A DNA stretch of 64,000 nt from a virus (IMGVR_UViG_3300038451_000147:41336-105335), one strand, 5' to 3'. Shown: positions 38,683 to 47,685, numbered from the stretch's first letter. Program-made: numbers and translations. The notes: generated by a model from the letters alone, not told the origin.

Positions 38683-39198
38683 CTATATAAAGGTTTGGGC
38701 TTCTTGCTCCAACTTAGTCACTTCGTTCTCAACTCCTTCGACTTCTTTATCAAACTCGTCTTGTGGTATTGACAAAGCAGTTGGCGGTAAGTCTTCCGCA
38801 ATATCCGCTACGTTCTCTGGACTATACTCGCCATAGTTTATGAGGATTTCTTCTCCCACTTCAATGGGTCTAAGAGTAACCAAGTCTCCTGTGCCAGCCT
38901 CAAAGTCGAAGTTCACAAACCTTGCATTGGGTTGGTCGCTGTGGTCTAGAAAGTTGCTCCATACTCCTTCACCCGATTCAGGTTCAGACCAATAGAGGTC
39001 TCCAACACGAAGGACAGCCCAATTACGGGAAGGGTCTATCTCCTTTACAAAAGGAGCCTGAAAACTGGAAATCGTCTCTCCCTCTTTAAAGGGTCGAGTG
39101 GCAAAGACACCATTGCCATGTGGACAACCCGAAACAGCCACACCCGGCCCTGTTATGGGTTCCGTTGGAGTTGGATAGCGTCTTGGATGTTCGGACAC
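38683..39198 (-). CDS. SET-domain lysine methyltransferase
   Basis: HGNGVFATRPF..GE, FLDHSDQPN, RPIEVGEEILINYG. Confidence 0.9.
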   Translation of the reverse strand: MSEHPRRYPTPTEPITGPGVAVSGCPHGNGVFATRPFKEGETISSFQAPFVKEIDPSRNWAVLRVGDLYWSEPESGEGVWSNFLDHSDQPNARFVNFDFEAGTGDLVTLRPIEVGEEILINYGEYSPENVADIAEDLPPTALSIPQDEFDKEVEGVENEVTKLEQEAQTFI

Positions 39199-39242
39199 AG
39201 TAGACTTTAGGAAGTCGAACTATTTAAAGCCTAGTTCAACGT

Positions 39243-40013
39243 CTACGACCAGATTACCCAGAGTGGCTGATTGTCGTTGGAGTAGACGATGGTTCCTGTC
39301 CTCTGTTCGCCTATAGCGTAGGGCGGGACGTTTGTGTAGTAGAGTCGTGGGTCTCCAACGATTATGAATGTGTCTCCACCTGCGGCTGTCGGTGCTACTC
39401 CGAATGTGCCAGTGCAGGTTATTATTGTTGCTGTATTCGATGCAATGATTAGTTGCAGTCCAATCGCGGGGCCAGTAAGGAACTTGATGTAGGCATTCGC
39501 CAAATAGTTCACTGGTAGTTTCAAAGGAGAAACAGTTACCGTTGCGTTTCCTGCGTTTGTTGAGGCTGAAGATACTCCTACCAGATTACCCATATCAGGA
39601 GTGTAAACTATCTCGACTCCACCCAATTGGATTGTCTGCTTTGGAACTTCTGTGCTCCAGAAGGCTGAACCACCCGGGCCGAGTTGCGACATTCCGCCAG
39701 CCGCAAGGCTCTCCACTGTTCCTATTGGAGTTACAATGAACGACTTTGATGCAGTAGCCGCGCTACTGTCTATCGCAGTGACAGTCTTAGTGCCATACCC
39801 TAAAGTGGCCATCGGAACTACGAAGGTTCCAGTCCAAGTGCCAGCATTGGCAATCGTTATCGTACTTGGCAGAACAGTTGCAAAGACATCCACACCACCA
39901 ATGGTGACTGCTGTTATTGTGGCCGCACCGCCACCTGTGTATCCTGCTCCTGTCATGGTGACAGTAAGACTACCCGCACCAGATGTTGGACTTAGCGTTA
40001 ATGTGGCTGTCAT
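39243..40013 (-). CDS. Ig-like virion decoration protein
   Basis: N-terminal TLSPTSG Ig-like domain; shares two modules with 42406. Confidence 0.65.
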   Translation of the reverse strand: MTATLTLSPTSGAGSLTVTMTGAGYTGGGAATITAVTIGGVDVFATVLPSTITIANAGTWTGTFVVPMATLGYGTKTVTAIDSSAATASKSFIVTPIGTVESLAAGGMSQLGPGGSAFWSTEVPKQTIQLGGVEIVYTPDMGNLVGVSSASTNAGNATVTVSPLKLPVNYLANAYIKFLTGPAIGLQLIIASNTATIITCTGTFGVAPTAAGGDTFIIVGDPRLYYTNVPPYAIGEQRTGTIVYSNDNQPLWVIWS

Positions 40014-40257
40014 TCTATCTCTTCTATGGTTTCGGTAGTATTTAAACCTGCTGTCCTCTAGCCAGTCGGCATACTCTTCATCAGTTCAAAAGACGCTTTG
40101 TCTTCGCTCGTCCATCCGCAATTGGAACAGAGTTGCTCCGGCCCATGCACTCCCTCATACGTCTCTAGTTCGGTGTCTGGGTCTTTACACTTCGGACACT
40201 TTGTCATAGCCTAGACTAGAAAGAAATGCTTAATAAAGGTTCTGTGCAAGGGATGGT

Positions 40258-40722
40258 GTGATAGTAGGTATAGTGGGAGCCGGGGCAGACAAGTTCACCT
40301 TAGAGACCGAGATGAAGGCGAGAGCAATAATTCAGAGCGTTCTCATATCCTATCCCAATGCCACCATCACTTCAGGTCACTCCATAAAGGGCGGGGTTGA
40401 CATCTTCACAGAAGGGGGCTTCTATTCGCATCCGACCACTGGCGGATTGTGGATTCGTGCTCCAGTCATTCAAGCATGGCCCAAGACCGGAAAGGGATAC
40501 GGTTACATGGCTCGAAACTTGGACATCGCCAATGCTGACCTAATTGTGGTCATTGTGGTAAAGAACTACCCACCAGAATACAAGTTCGAGTCTTGGGAAT
40601 CAAAGACCCCATACTGCTATCACTGCAAAGAATTGAGGGAACCTCATGTGAAGAGTGGCGGTTGTTACACCGGAATGAAAGCCTTAGAGTTTGGTCACGA
40701 AGCGATTTGGTATATTCTCTAA
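40258..40722 (+). CDS. SLOG-superfamily (DprA/YspA-like) protein
   Basis: VGIVG, ITSG...GGVD, ARN..IA.AD. Confidence 0.6.
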   Translation: MIVGIVGAGADKFTLETEMKARAIIQSVLISYPNATITSGHSIKGGVDIFTEGGFYSHPTTGGLWIRAPVIQAWPKTGKGYGYMARNLDIANADLIVVIVVKNYPPEYKFESWESKTPYCYHCKELREPHVKSGGCYTGMKALEFGHEAIWYIL

Positions 40723-40757
40723 GAATCTTTATAAACCACCATTCCCATTCTCTTAGT

Positions 40758-40946
40758 ATGCTATCCCTTTACTGTCCAAATGGTGAAGTTCACTCCTTCG
40801 ACCTCAAGTCTTCAGGAAAGCCAAAGCAGGGATACGGGTATCCCACTTACGACAAGATTCCTTTGGTCGAAGAGAAGGTGGCGACCTGTTTGAAATGTGG
40901 CTATACCGTTTTCCTCACAATAACGACTACAGCCAAAACAATGTAA
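40758..40946 (+). CDS. Small Zn-ribbon protein
   Basis: TATA 40728-40735; CP...H...CLKCG. Confidence 0.5.
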   Translation: MLSLYCPNGEVHSFDLKSSGKPKQGYGYPTYDKIPLVEEKVATCLKCGYTVFLTITTTAKTM

Positions 40947-41002
40947 AATGACAATTATGGAATCCCTTAAATAGTCGTATGTCTATAAGGTAATGACTTA
41001 AC

Positions 41003-41443
41003 ATGAGCAGTCAATGGACTATCTATCATGGAGACGGGACGCAAACAACCTGTCGTTCATGCGGAAAGAAAATATCATCGAAACCAACAGAATCATGTAA
41101 AGAGCCTAGACATATGGCTTGCTATGAAAGAAATGTAACTCAAATCAATAAGAATCGCAAAGAGGCTCAACTAGAGGCTTTGATTCATTACTCCGGCACA
41201 GACCCGCCTCAGTGTGCCAACCCCTTCGGAGAGCATAAAGAACCATACACCACTATTCTTGCTCTACAGTTAGACCACATCAAAGGTAATGGAGCAAAAT
41301 TTAGACGCAGACATCCATTCCAAGTCGGAAAGTCTTTAGCACTGTGGCTTAGAAAGCGTCATTGGCCAAAAGGGTATCGCGTGCTTTGTGCAAATTGTCA
41401 ATGTATAGCGAGAGAGCGTTTAGGTAATGATGGAAGAAAGTAG
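41003..41443 (+). CDS. HNH-type endonuclease, paralogue of 24980..25324
   Basis: PPQCANPFGEH..LQLDHIKGNGA..YRVLCANCQ. Confidence 0.7.
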   Translation: MSSQWTIYHGDGTQTTCRSCGKKISSKPTESCKEPRHMACYERNVTQINKNRKEAQLEALIHYSGTDPPQCANPFGEHKEPYTTILALQLDHIKGNGAKFRRRHPFQVGKSLALWLRKRHWPKGYRVLCANCQCIARERLGNDGRK

Positions 41444-41501
41444 AGTGCTGGACAGGACTTAAAGCCATAGAACTCGGCCATCAAGCCATCTGGTATCTGC
41501 T

Positions 41502-41810
41502 CTAAGTCTCTACGAAAGCGACTTCGACATTAAATTCTAGTATTCCATCAGTGTATTCTACAACCAGATGACCAGACCTTGCGTTCCCGATTTCTGGCCA
41601 CATGACCGCATCTTGTGTGAGTTTGGCGTAGAGGTCTACAATCTGTCCCAATGTAGGGACTGTTCCGGCCCATTCCCACTGATTAATATCGAAGAGAATC
41701 TTCGCTTGCTTTGAAGCCTCTAGAATAGCGTCCTGAACGTAGGGTGGAAGCACCACAACTTTGAGGGACATGACTGCTCCATACACAGGAGATGGTATCG
41801 TTGTTGCCAT
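41502..41810 (-). CDS. Hypothetical protein
   Basis: TATA 41834-41840. Confidence 0.55.
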   Translation of the reverse strand: MATTIPSPVYGAVMSLKVVVLPPYVQDAILEASKQAKILFDINQWEWAGTVPTLGQIVDLYAKLTQDAVMWPEIGNARSGHLVVEYTDGILEFNVEVAFVET

Positions 41811-41957
41811 AGGCAGGAGTCAGGTAGTGAGGGTATTTAAGCATTCTTCCTAGAGTTGCGCTTCTCCAATTCGTCCCACTTACATTCCGCCTTCAGCAAC
41901 TTACAGGTCGGACACATCCTCTGGACTTTCTTGGTCTTGAACGTCTCACCGCACCAA

Positions 41958-42317
41958 CTACACCTGAGTTCGAGCAAGTTGTATCTCACCTTCGACTATA
42001 GCCGCCATATGCTCCATGAAGAACTTCCAGTTGTTCTTGTTCACATGAATGACGCGCCAGCCCATCGAGACCAGTTCAGCGTCCCGAACCTTGTCCTTAA
42101 TCCGTCCCTCTTTCGTGAAGTGCTGTTGGCCGTCATACTCAATCGCAATCTTCCTCTCAACGATTCCAATGTCAACCCACCGACTCTTCCGCATTCCTAC
42201 AATCCTAACACGGTGATTTCTTAGGGCTGTTGGATAGAGGAACCGGACATAATGCAGAAGTTTGTTCTGTTGAGGAGAAGAGGGCGGGAACCATCTGCGT
42301 CTGAACCTTCGTGGCAT
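41958..42317 (-). CDS. Vsr/DUF559-like endonuclease
   Basis: VDI.....IAIEYDG.QH....D..RD..L...GWRVI. Confidence 0.8.
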   Translation of the reverse strand: MPRRFRRRWFPPSSPQQNKLLHYVRFLYPTALRNHRVRIVGMRKSRWVDIGIVERKIAIEYDGQQHFTKEGRIKDKVRDAELVSMGWRVIHVNKNNWKFFMEHMAAIVEGEIQLARTQV

Positions 42318-42405
42318 GAGGAGATTAAGAACAGCCAGTTATATAAAGTGTGGTCGAACTTCTGAGAACAGGTTTAAATAGTGGGCCGTCCTACAATAAG
42401 ATAGA

Positions 42406-43884
42406 ATGGTAGCAACAATTACTCTTACTCCAGCCACTGGCCCTGTTGGAATGCAGAAGGTTGTTGTGAACGGAGCAGGGTGGACGAGTGGAAACACAAT
42501 CGTAATCTTCACATTCGGTGGAGCAACACCACCTACAAACACCGTTATTGGCCAAGTAGTTTCTACTGCTGGCACATGGTCTGGCTCATTTACAGTTCCC
42601 TATTCAAGTGCGGCTGGCCATACTTGCACTGCGACAGACAATAACGGCGCACCTGTCTCTGCCAATGCGACTTTCACCACTACGACTTCAGCCCTTAAAG
42701 ATGCGTCTGGTGCGGCTCATGGAGCCGCGAGTGCGGCAACTTCTGTAGCGGCAACTCTTTCAACTACGTCCAGTCCAGACCTTCTTGTTGCTGTGGTCGT
42801 ATGGGAAGACGAAACTGCGCCACCCGCGTCTGTGACTCTTTCTGATGCAACAGGTGGTGCGGGTCTTACTTGGACTCCAAGAGGTCAGCCAATATCGTAT
42901 GTCACAGGAGCCAGTGGAAGCATAACATCTGCATTCTTCATTCAGGAGTTCACTGCCTATGCGCCAGCCACAATAACGACTAAGGCTGTAACCGCAACCT
43001 TCTCAGCCGCAACAAGTGGACGTTCAGCTATCTCGGTATGCGGCTTCACTGATATAGCCTCTCCAATGTTCGCTGATAGCAACCTTGGTCTGCCATCACC
43101 CATCACAGGGTCGGCCACAGCCGCAACATTCACAGGAAAGGCTTCTACTCACTATGCGCCAACCCTTCTGTTCGGAGCACTATTACTCGCTCCATCAGCC
43201 GCAATAACGGTTGGAACAGGATTCACCCAAGTAGACGCTTACAACGTCACAGACTTCTACATTGAGACCGAGTGCAAGGTTGTCGTAGAGCCACAAGTTG
43301 ACGCTCTAGTAACATGGACTGCGGCTTCAGCCGCATACATAATACTAGGGTTTGTTGATGCCTTCCTTCAGAGTGGTGCTACAAACGCGCCTTGGACGAC
43401 TACAGACATAGGCGCAGAGGTTCAAGGAGTCAGCATCCGAGCCGCAGTCAATAGTGGCCTTCCAGTGATTAACAGCACAGAAACAGGTGTTGCCAAGTGG
43501 GAGATGCCAACAGTCATAGCAAACTATCCTCACCAGACTGTCATGAATAACAGGACTGACGGTCTGACAGGGACGACAACGACTGGAACATCGTCAACAG
43601 TCTTACATGAGACAGCCGTAACGCTAGTTGTGAATGCTCTAGTTGGCTATACTCTGTTCTACACCAGTGGAACGGCCCAAGGCCAAAGCAGAGTAGTCAC
43701 AGCGAATGCCGCAGGAACGATAACCGTTGGAGTTGCATTCTCGCCAGCACCAAGCGACTTGGGAGAAACCTTCCTTGTGGTTCCTTCACTGGTAGAAAGC
43801 CACACAACCAATGTTCAGTCTGTCATAGGAGTGGGCGGAGAGACGGCTGATTGGGAAGGAAGCCAGACTACGGTAGCACCGTAG
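42406..43884 (+). CDS. Ig-like multi-domain virion protein
   Basis: Thr/Ala-rich; Ig-like N-terminus; C-terminal module shared with tail tube. Confidence 0.65.
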   Translation: MVATITLTPATGPVGMQKVVVNGAGWTSGNTIVIFTFGGATPPTNTVIGQVVSTAGTWSGSFTVPYSSAAGHTCTATDNNGAPVSANATFTTTTSALKDASGAAHGAASAATSVAATLSTTSSPDLLVAVVVWEDETAPPASVTLSDATGGAGLTWTPRGQPISYVTGASGSITSAFFIQEFTAYAPATITTKAVTATFSAATSGRSAISVCGFTDIASPMFADSNLGLPSPITGSATAATFTGKASTHYAPTLLFGALLLAPSAAITVGTGFTQVDAYNVTDFYIETECKVVVEPQVDALVTWTAASAAYIILGFVDAFLQSGATNAPWTTTDIGAEVQGVSIRAAVNSGLPVINSTETGVAKWEMPTVIANYPHQTVMNNRTDGLTGTTTTGTSSTVLHETAVTLVVNALVGYTLFYTSGTAQGQSRVVTANAAGTITVGVAFSPAPSDLGETFLVVPSLVESHTTNVQSVIGVGGETADWEGSQTTVAP

Positions 43885-43890
43885 AAGTAG

Positions 43891-44112
43891 TTACTTTACT
43901 GTATCTGTAGGATTCAGTTTCTTTGCTATCATCTTTGCTATTGTAGCAGGGTTATCTGAATACATTTCCTCTGGTGTGAAGGCGGCAATGGCCCTTCCCT
44001 TATGCACGATATGAGCGATTCCCTTCGTAATGGTTATCATAGACCCCTCTTCAGACTCCCAATGGCCTAAAATACCGCTTCCTTTGACCTCTTTTACCTC
44101 TTTCCAAGGCAT
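43891..44112 (-). CDS. Hypothetical protein
   Basis: Coupled to 44114..44332. Confidence 0.5.
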   Translation of the reverse strand: MPWKEVKEVKGSGILGHWESEEGSMITITKGIAHIVHKGRAIAAFTPEEMYSDNPATIAKMIAKKLNPTDTVK

Positions 44113-44113
44113 T

Positions 44114-44332
44114 TTAACTCGCCTTTGTTACTGGTTTTGCCTCTTTTTCCAGTGCTGTATACTTCTTCAAAAGTTCGTCATACGCTATCTGAAGTTCTGC
44201 AACACCATCACTAAACTCCTGTAGAGAGTTGGAAAAGGCTGTTAGAGAGGCGTTTACAGTGGCAAACCTACGAACAAGTTTGGCCTTTCTCTGGTCGTCT
44301 GGCGAAATCGGTTCGATTGACATATTTGACAT
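44114..44332 (-). CDS. Coiled-coil protein, possible fibre chaperone
   Basis: Heptad pattern; downstream of the spike gene. Confidence 0.45.
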   Translation of the reverse strand: MSNMSIEPISPDDQRKAKLVRRFATVNASLTAFSNSLQEFSDGVAELQIAYDELLKKYTALEKEAKPVTKAS

Positions 44333-44374
44333 ACAAGAAGTAGATTGGTATCTAGGCTATATAAAGATTTGTGA

Positions 44375-45388
44375 TTAGGACTCGTAGAGTGGGATGTAGT
44401 AGTCCTGTCCCGGCGCACGAACCTTTATCCTACCAATGATACCACCAGTAAGAGTGGTCAAGGGTTGGAGCCATGTTCCAGCACTTCCATCGTCCAAGTC
44501 AAACAGATAGGTGGCTTTGACTGATGCAATCTCGAATACCGAGTCAATCACTGCTGTCGCATTGCTTGCCAGTAGCACCAGACTGAATCCACCCGCAGTC
44601 ACTCCTGATGTGTAGGCTGTGAAGTCGTTCTGTATCCAAAGGCCATGCATCCTTCCACCAGTGATTAATGTTGGATTGGTGTTGCCCACCTGTCCGTAAA
44701 GTGCCGCCGTCCAAGTAGAGTCACCTAGAGTCCCTGCGATGTCAATCCTTCCTTGGATACCAACGATGTAAGAGGTTCCGCTAGAAGTTGAACCTGCACC
44801 CAAGGTTGCCTTTCCTCTTATTCCAAAGACACTAGCCGCCATACTTGCGGCTGTCGTTGTAGCCTCAACCCAGAATGCCCTGTAACTTCCAGTGGCTCCC
44901 GGCGTTGTGACTATACATTGCAGAACGTAATCAATAGAAGCGGAATTGGAGAAACTCTGTCTGGCTGACCATACTTGTTCTGTTCCAATTGCGGCAAGGG
45001 TGTCGCTGGACGTTATTGGGAGAGCAAGAGTATTGCTACCACTGCCAGTAAGTCCAGAATTGAGAGTTGTGCTACCCGAACTTGTTCCTTTCAGAAGGAA
45101 GTCGGTCTTGGTAAACGATTGTGCGGCAGTCCAAGTCTGCGCGAAGCCTAGAAGAGCAAACGTGCCAGCGTTATTGGGAAAGGTGAAGGTCTTGGCAGTC
45201 GTGACACCCGAAGCATCCAGAGTTGCGTTCTCTATCGAGAACGTAGGGCCAGACGAACCACCACCAGAATCGGAAACTGTTCCAGTTACAACAAGATTCC
45301 CACCAAGATGATATGCTACACTATGACTAGGACTGTCATAACCAACCTCAAAACCATCTTCAACTTCCTTGATACCAGAGTCGGTCAA
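44375..45388 (-). CDS. Tail spike/fibre protein
   Basis: T.TFP...GT.AL...QTW repeats, beta-helix-like middle, C-terminal YYIPLY. Confidence 0.65.
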   Translation of the reverse strand: MTDSGIKEVEDGFEVGYDSPSHSVAYHLGGNLVVTGTVSDSGGGSSGPTFSIENATLDASGVTTAKTFTFPNNAGTFALLGFAQTWTAAQSFTKTDFLLKGTSSGSTTLNSGLTGSGSNTLALPITSSDTLAAIGTEQVWSARQSFSNSASIDYVLQCIVTTPGATGSYRAFWVEATTTAASMAASVFGIRGKATLGAGSTSSGTSYIVGIQGRIDIAGTLGDSTWTAALYGQVGNTNPTLITGGRMHGLWIQNDFTAYTSGVTAGGFSLVLLASNATAVIDSVFEIASVKATYLFDLDDGSAGTWLQPLTTLTGGIIGRIKVRAPGQDYYIPLYES

Positions 45389-45416
45389 TGCAATACTAAT
45401 AGAGAAGCAGAAGTAT

Positions 45417-45821
45417 TTAAGGTTGTCTATATTCAGATAGTTCGCCAGCCTTCCTACCAGAAGGAACGCGAGAAGCGGCTAGAGGCGCAAGAGTGGTGGC
45501 CAATTCGTTTACTGCGACTCCGACTTCCTGAAGTTTGGTCATAAGAGCCGTGTCCTTCTTGACGTTTGCCATCGTTATAAGCATGGCTATGGCCGTCTGA
45601 AGAGCCTTGGTATTGTTGATGGCAAGGTCTATCTTCTTTTCCTCTATCATCATCTTTATCTGCTCAATCCTCTTTTTGAAAACCTCTATAGGGTCTTCTG
45701 GTGTGAAGTTCATAGGTTGTATCGTTGTTGGATGATATGTTGGAACAGGATTTATCCCTTCCTCTTCTATGAGGACGACTGTTCCCCGCCCTTGCTCGTC
45801 ATGAAATACCTCTTGTGCCAT
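45417..45821 (-). CDS. Hypothetical helical protein
   Basis: TATA ~45844-45850. Confidence 0.5.
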   Translation of the reverse strand: MAQEVFHDEQGRGTVVLIEEEGINPVPTYHPTTIQPMNFTPEDPIEVFKKRIEQIKMMIEEKKIDLAINNTKALQTAIAMLITMANVKKDTALMTKLQEVGVAVNELATTLAPLAASRVPSGRKAGELSEYRQP

Positions 45822-45859
45822 ATCCAGACCTATACTGTTGTAGTTTATAAGGATTTAGA

Positions 45860-45973
45860 TTAGCCGCATCGTCCATAGCCGCAACTATAACAGGTGACGC
45901 ACCCGTTATAGTGGACAAGAGTGAGTTCATGACACTCGGGACATTCTTCTCCTTGTTCAACAAAGAAAGTCAT
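45860..45973 (-). CDS. 37 aa Zn ribbon resembling the C-terminal ribbon of class II ribonucleotide reductases
   Basis: MTFFVEQGEECPECHELTLVHYNGCVTCYSCGYGRCG; TATA ~46002. Confidence 0.6.
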   Translation of the reverse strand: MTFFVEQGEECPECHELTLVHYNGCVTCYSCGYGRCG

Positions 45974-46188
45974 TGAAGGAGTAGTCTAAGGGAAGTAGGC
46001 GTTATAAGTGTTCCTATTGATAAAGGTCTGTCAGCCGAAAATTATCAGAGCGATTCCGAAAATCACCCGAAGTGCTCTCCCTACTTGCCAGTAGTTGTTG
46101 TCTGCAACTCCGCCACCATACAGATACCAATAGATTAGGTTGGCTCCGCCCTCTAGTGCAAAGAAAGAACCTATTCCCTTGACCCAAA

Positions 46189-47100
46189 TCAAATCCTACA
46201 CCGTGTTATAGCCTCTGGATAGGTGATGATAGGAGCGTATTTTGCTGTGATGACAATATCGAGTGAGTCGAACACTGGTGAGGGCCAGACATCTATGCTG
46301 ATTGGACGCTTGGTGACGAAGTAACCAATAGGAGTGTAGCAGTTGTCGAAACCCGTCTGAACTACATAAGCCGTCTTCGGTGAAATCTCCGAACTTCTCA
46401 GAATGTGGAAGTCTTTCAACTCTAAGAAACCATAATACGGATTCACTCTATCGTTCATGAGGATGGCATATCCTGAGGCTTTGGATTTGGGTATACTTGT
46501 AGTAACATCGAAAAGGTCAGGATACCTGAAGGGCCAGAAGGAGAATCTCTTTTTGGTGGTCATATCGAAAAGAGATGCAACATCTGAATCTATTGTCTTT
46601 GCGGTTCTTTGTGCGGCTCTTCTGAATGCACTTTCTACAATGGTGATGAGACCATCTTCAAACACTTCTCTGCCGATTCGGACTCTCATACCCACCCTAT
46701 AGGGTGTTACAGTGACAGTTCCATATGGTGCGAAGTCCCTATTGATTGCATTTCCGCTTGCTGTTCTACCTACTGTAGCAGTAGTCGGCTCTCCTTTCTG
46801 TTTAGGAAAAGTGGCTGATGCACCAATATGAATCTTGAAATCTGTAAGGATTCGCTGTATCTCTAGTTTCGGCATTATGAGTTCTACGAAGCGTTTCGTC
46901 AGTTCAGGATAGAACAGGGCAGGAGAGCCGGGAGTCGGAGACGATGCTGGCACATCTGGCTTACCACAAAGATACCCAGACTTTTGGAATCTGCTCATAG
47001 CCCACATCAGTTCGCCCCAATAGGCTGGAAAGGCTGGCTCCTCTTCTTTGTGCGGGTATCCCTCTGCTGGATGTGGTTCTGCTACCATAAGAAACACCAA
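46189..47100 (-). CDS. Second capsid protein, paralogue of MCP 34209..35144
   Basis: ALFYP.L.KR.VEL.MP.L, PKQKG, VTPY.VGMRVR and GYF.TKRPIS.DVWP.P.FDS.D.VITA.YAP.ITYPE shared with MCP. Confidence 0.9.
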   Translation of the reverse strand: MVFLMVAEPHPAEGYPHKEEEPAFPAYWGELMWAMSRFQKSGYLCGKPDVPASSPTPGSPALFYPELTKRFVELIMPKLEIQRILTDFKIHIGASATFPKQKGEPTTATVGRTASGNAINRDFAPYGTVTVTPYRVGMRVRIGREVFEDGLITIVESAFRRAAQRTAKTIDSDVASLFDMTTKKRFSFWPFRYPDLFDVTTSIPKSKASGYAILMNDRVNPYYGFLELKDFHILRSSEISPKTAYVVQTGFDNCYTPIGYFVTKRPISIDVWPSPVFDSLDIVITAKYAPIITYPEAITRCRI

Positions 47101-47327
47101 ACAATGTTAGGGTCAATGTAGTTAGGGTCAATGTAGAAAGGCGGGTAGTAAGGCTGTGGCGGATAGTAGGGTTCTGGCCAGTAAGGATGCTCATCAGGAA
47201 CTAGGATGTATCCGACTCCATTACAAGCGTGACAGGTCTTTTCATAAGGTGCGGTTGTCGAACCTTCACTTAAGTCGTTTGGAATCTTTCCTTTCCCTTT
47301 GCAAACAGGACACAGTTCGGAGTGCAT
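47082..47327 (-). CDS. DnaJ-type Zn finger plus Pro/Tyr-rich small protein
   Basis: CPVCKGKG...CHACNGVG; TATA ~47350-47357. Confidence 0.6.
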   Translation of the reverse strand: MHSELCPVCKGKGKIPNDLSEGSTTAPYEKTCHACNGVGYILVPDEHPYWPEPYYPPQPYYPPFYIDPNYIDPNIVWCFLW

Positions 47328-47389
47328 ATCTTCTTGATGGAGAGGAACCTATATAAACATTCTTAAGGAAGGAGAATCATCTACAGAAT

Positions 47390-47518
47390 ATGAAATGGTA
47401 TTCCTTGTCTTTGGGCATCTTCGCTTTGGGACTTCTCATGGGTTGTTTTCCCTTCCTCTGGCTTATTGCTGATGCTCTAGGTTGGGGTCTCTTTGTTAGA
47501 TATTTGGGAATACCTTAG
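47390..47518 (+). CDS. 42 aa hydrophobic peptide
   Basis: MKWYSLSLGIFALGLLMG... Confidence 0.4.
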   Translation: MKWYSLSLGIFALGLLMGCFPFLWLIADALGWGLFVRYLGIP

Positions 47519-47605
47519 TGGTAAGGGTCGGGACAGGTTACAGCCCTACTCGGTCACACGCCTAATCCTGTCGGTTGAAGGCAGACCTATGAACCACTAA
47601 GGTAT
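47510..47605. repeat. 13 bp perfect inverted repeat enclosing nested stems
   Basis: ATACCTTAGTGGT 47510-47522 / ACCACTAAGGTAT 47593-47605; inner GGTC/GACC and GACAGG/CCTGTC. Confidence 0.7.
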
Positions 47606-47616
47606 AAAACTGTTCG

Positions 47617-47685
47617 TGCCAGATAAGGGCCGGATAGCCCTTTTGTCATTCGGTCATTAGCCGTCATCTAGACGGCGACTGGCAT
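47617..47685 (-). ncRNA. Candidate structured small RNA (three-way junction)
   Basis: TATA 47706-47712 but only a 5-6 codon ORF; stems TGCCAG/CTGGCA, GCCGTC/GACGGC, AAGGGC/GCCCTT. Confidence 0.45.

Noticed and set aside
28857-45388. Diversity-generating retroelement acting on fibre genes
   Set aside because: No reverse transcriptase and no TR/VR near-duplicate seen
47617-47685. Hammerhead ribozyme (GUC, stem, CUAAUGA)
   Set aside because: Core differs from CUGAUGA and the required GAAA is missing
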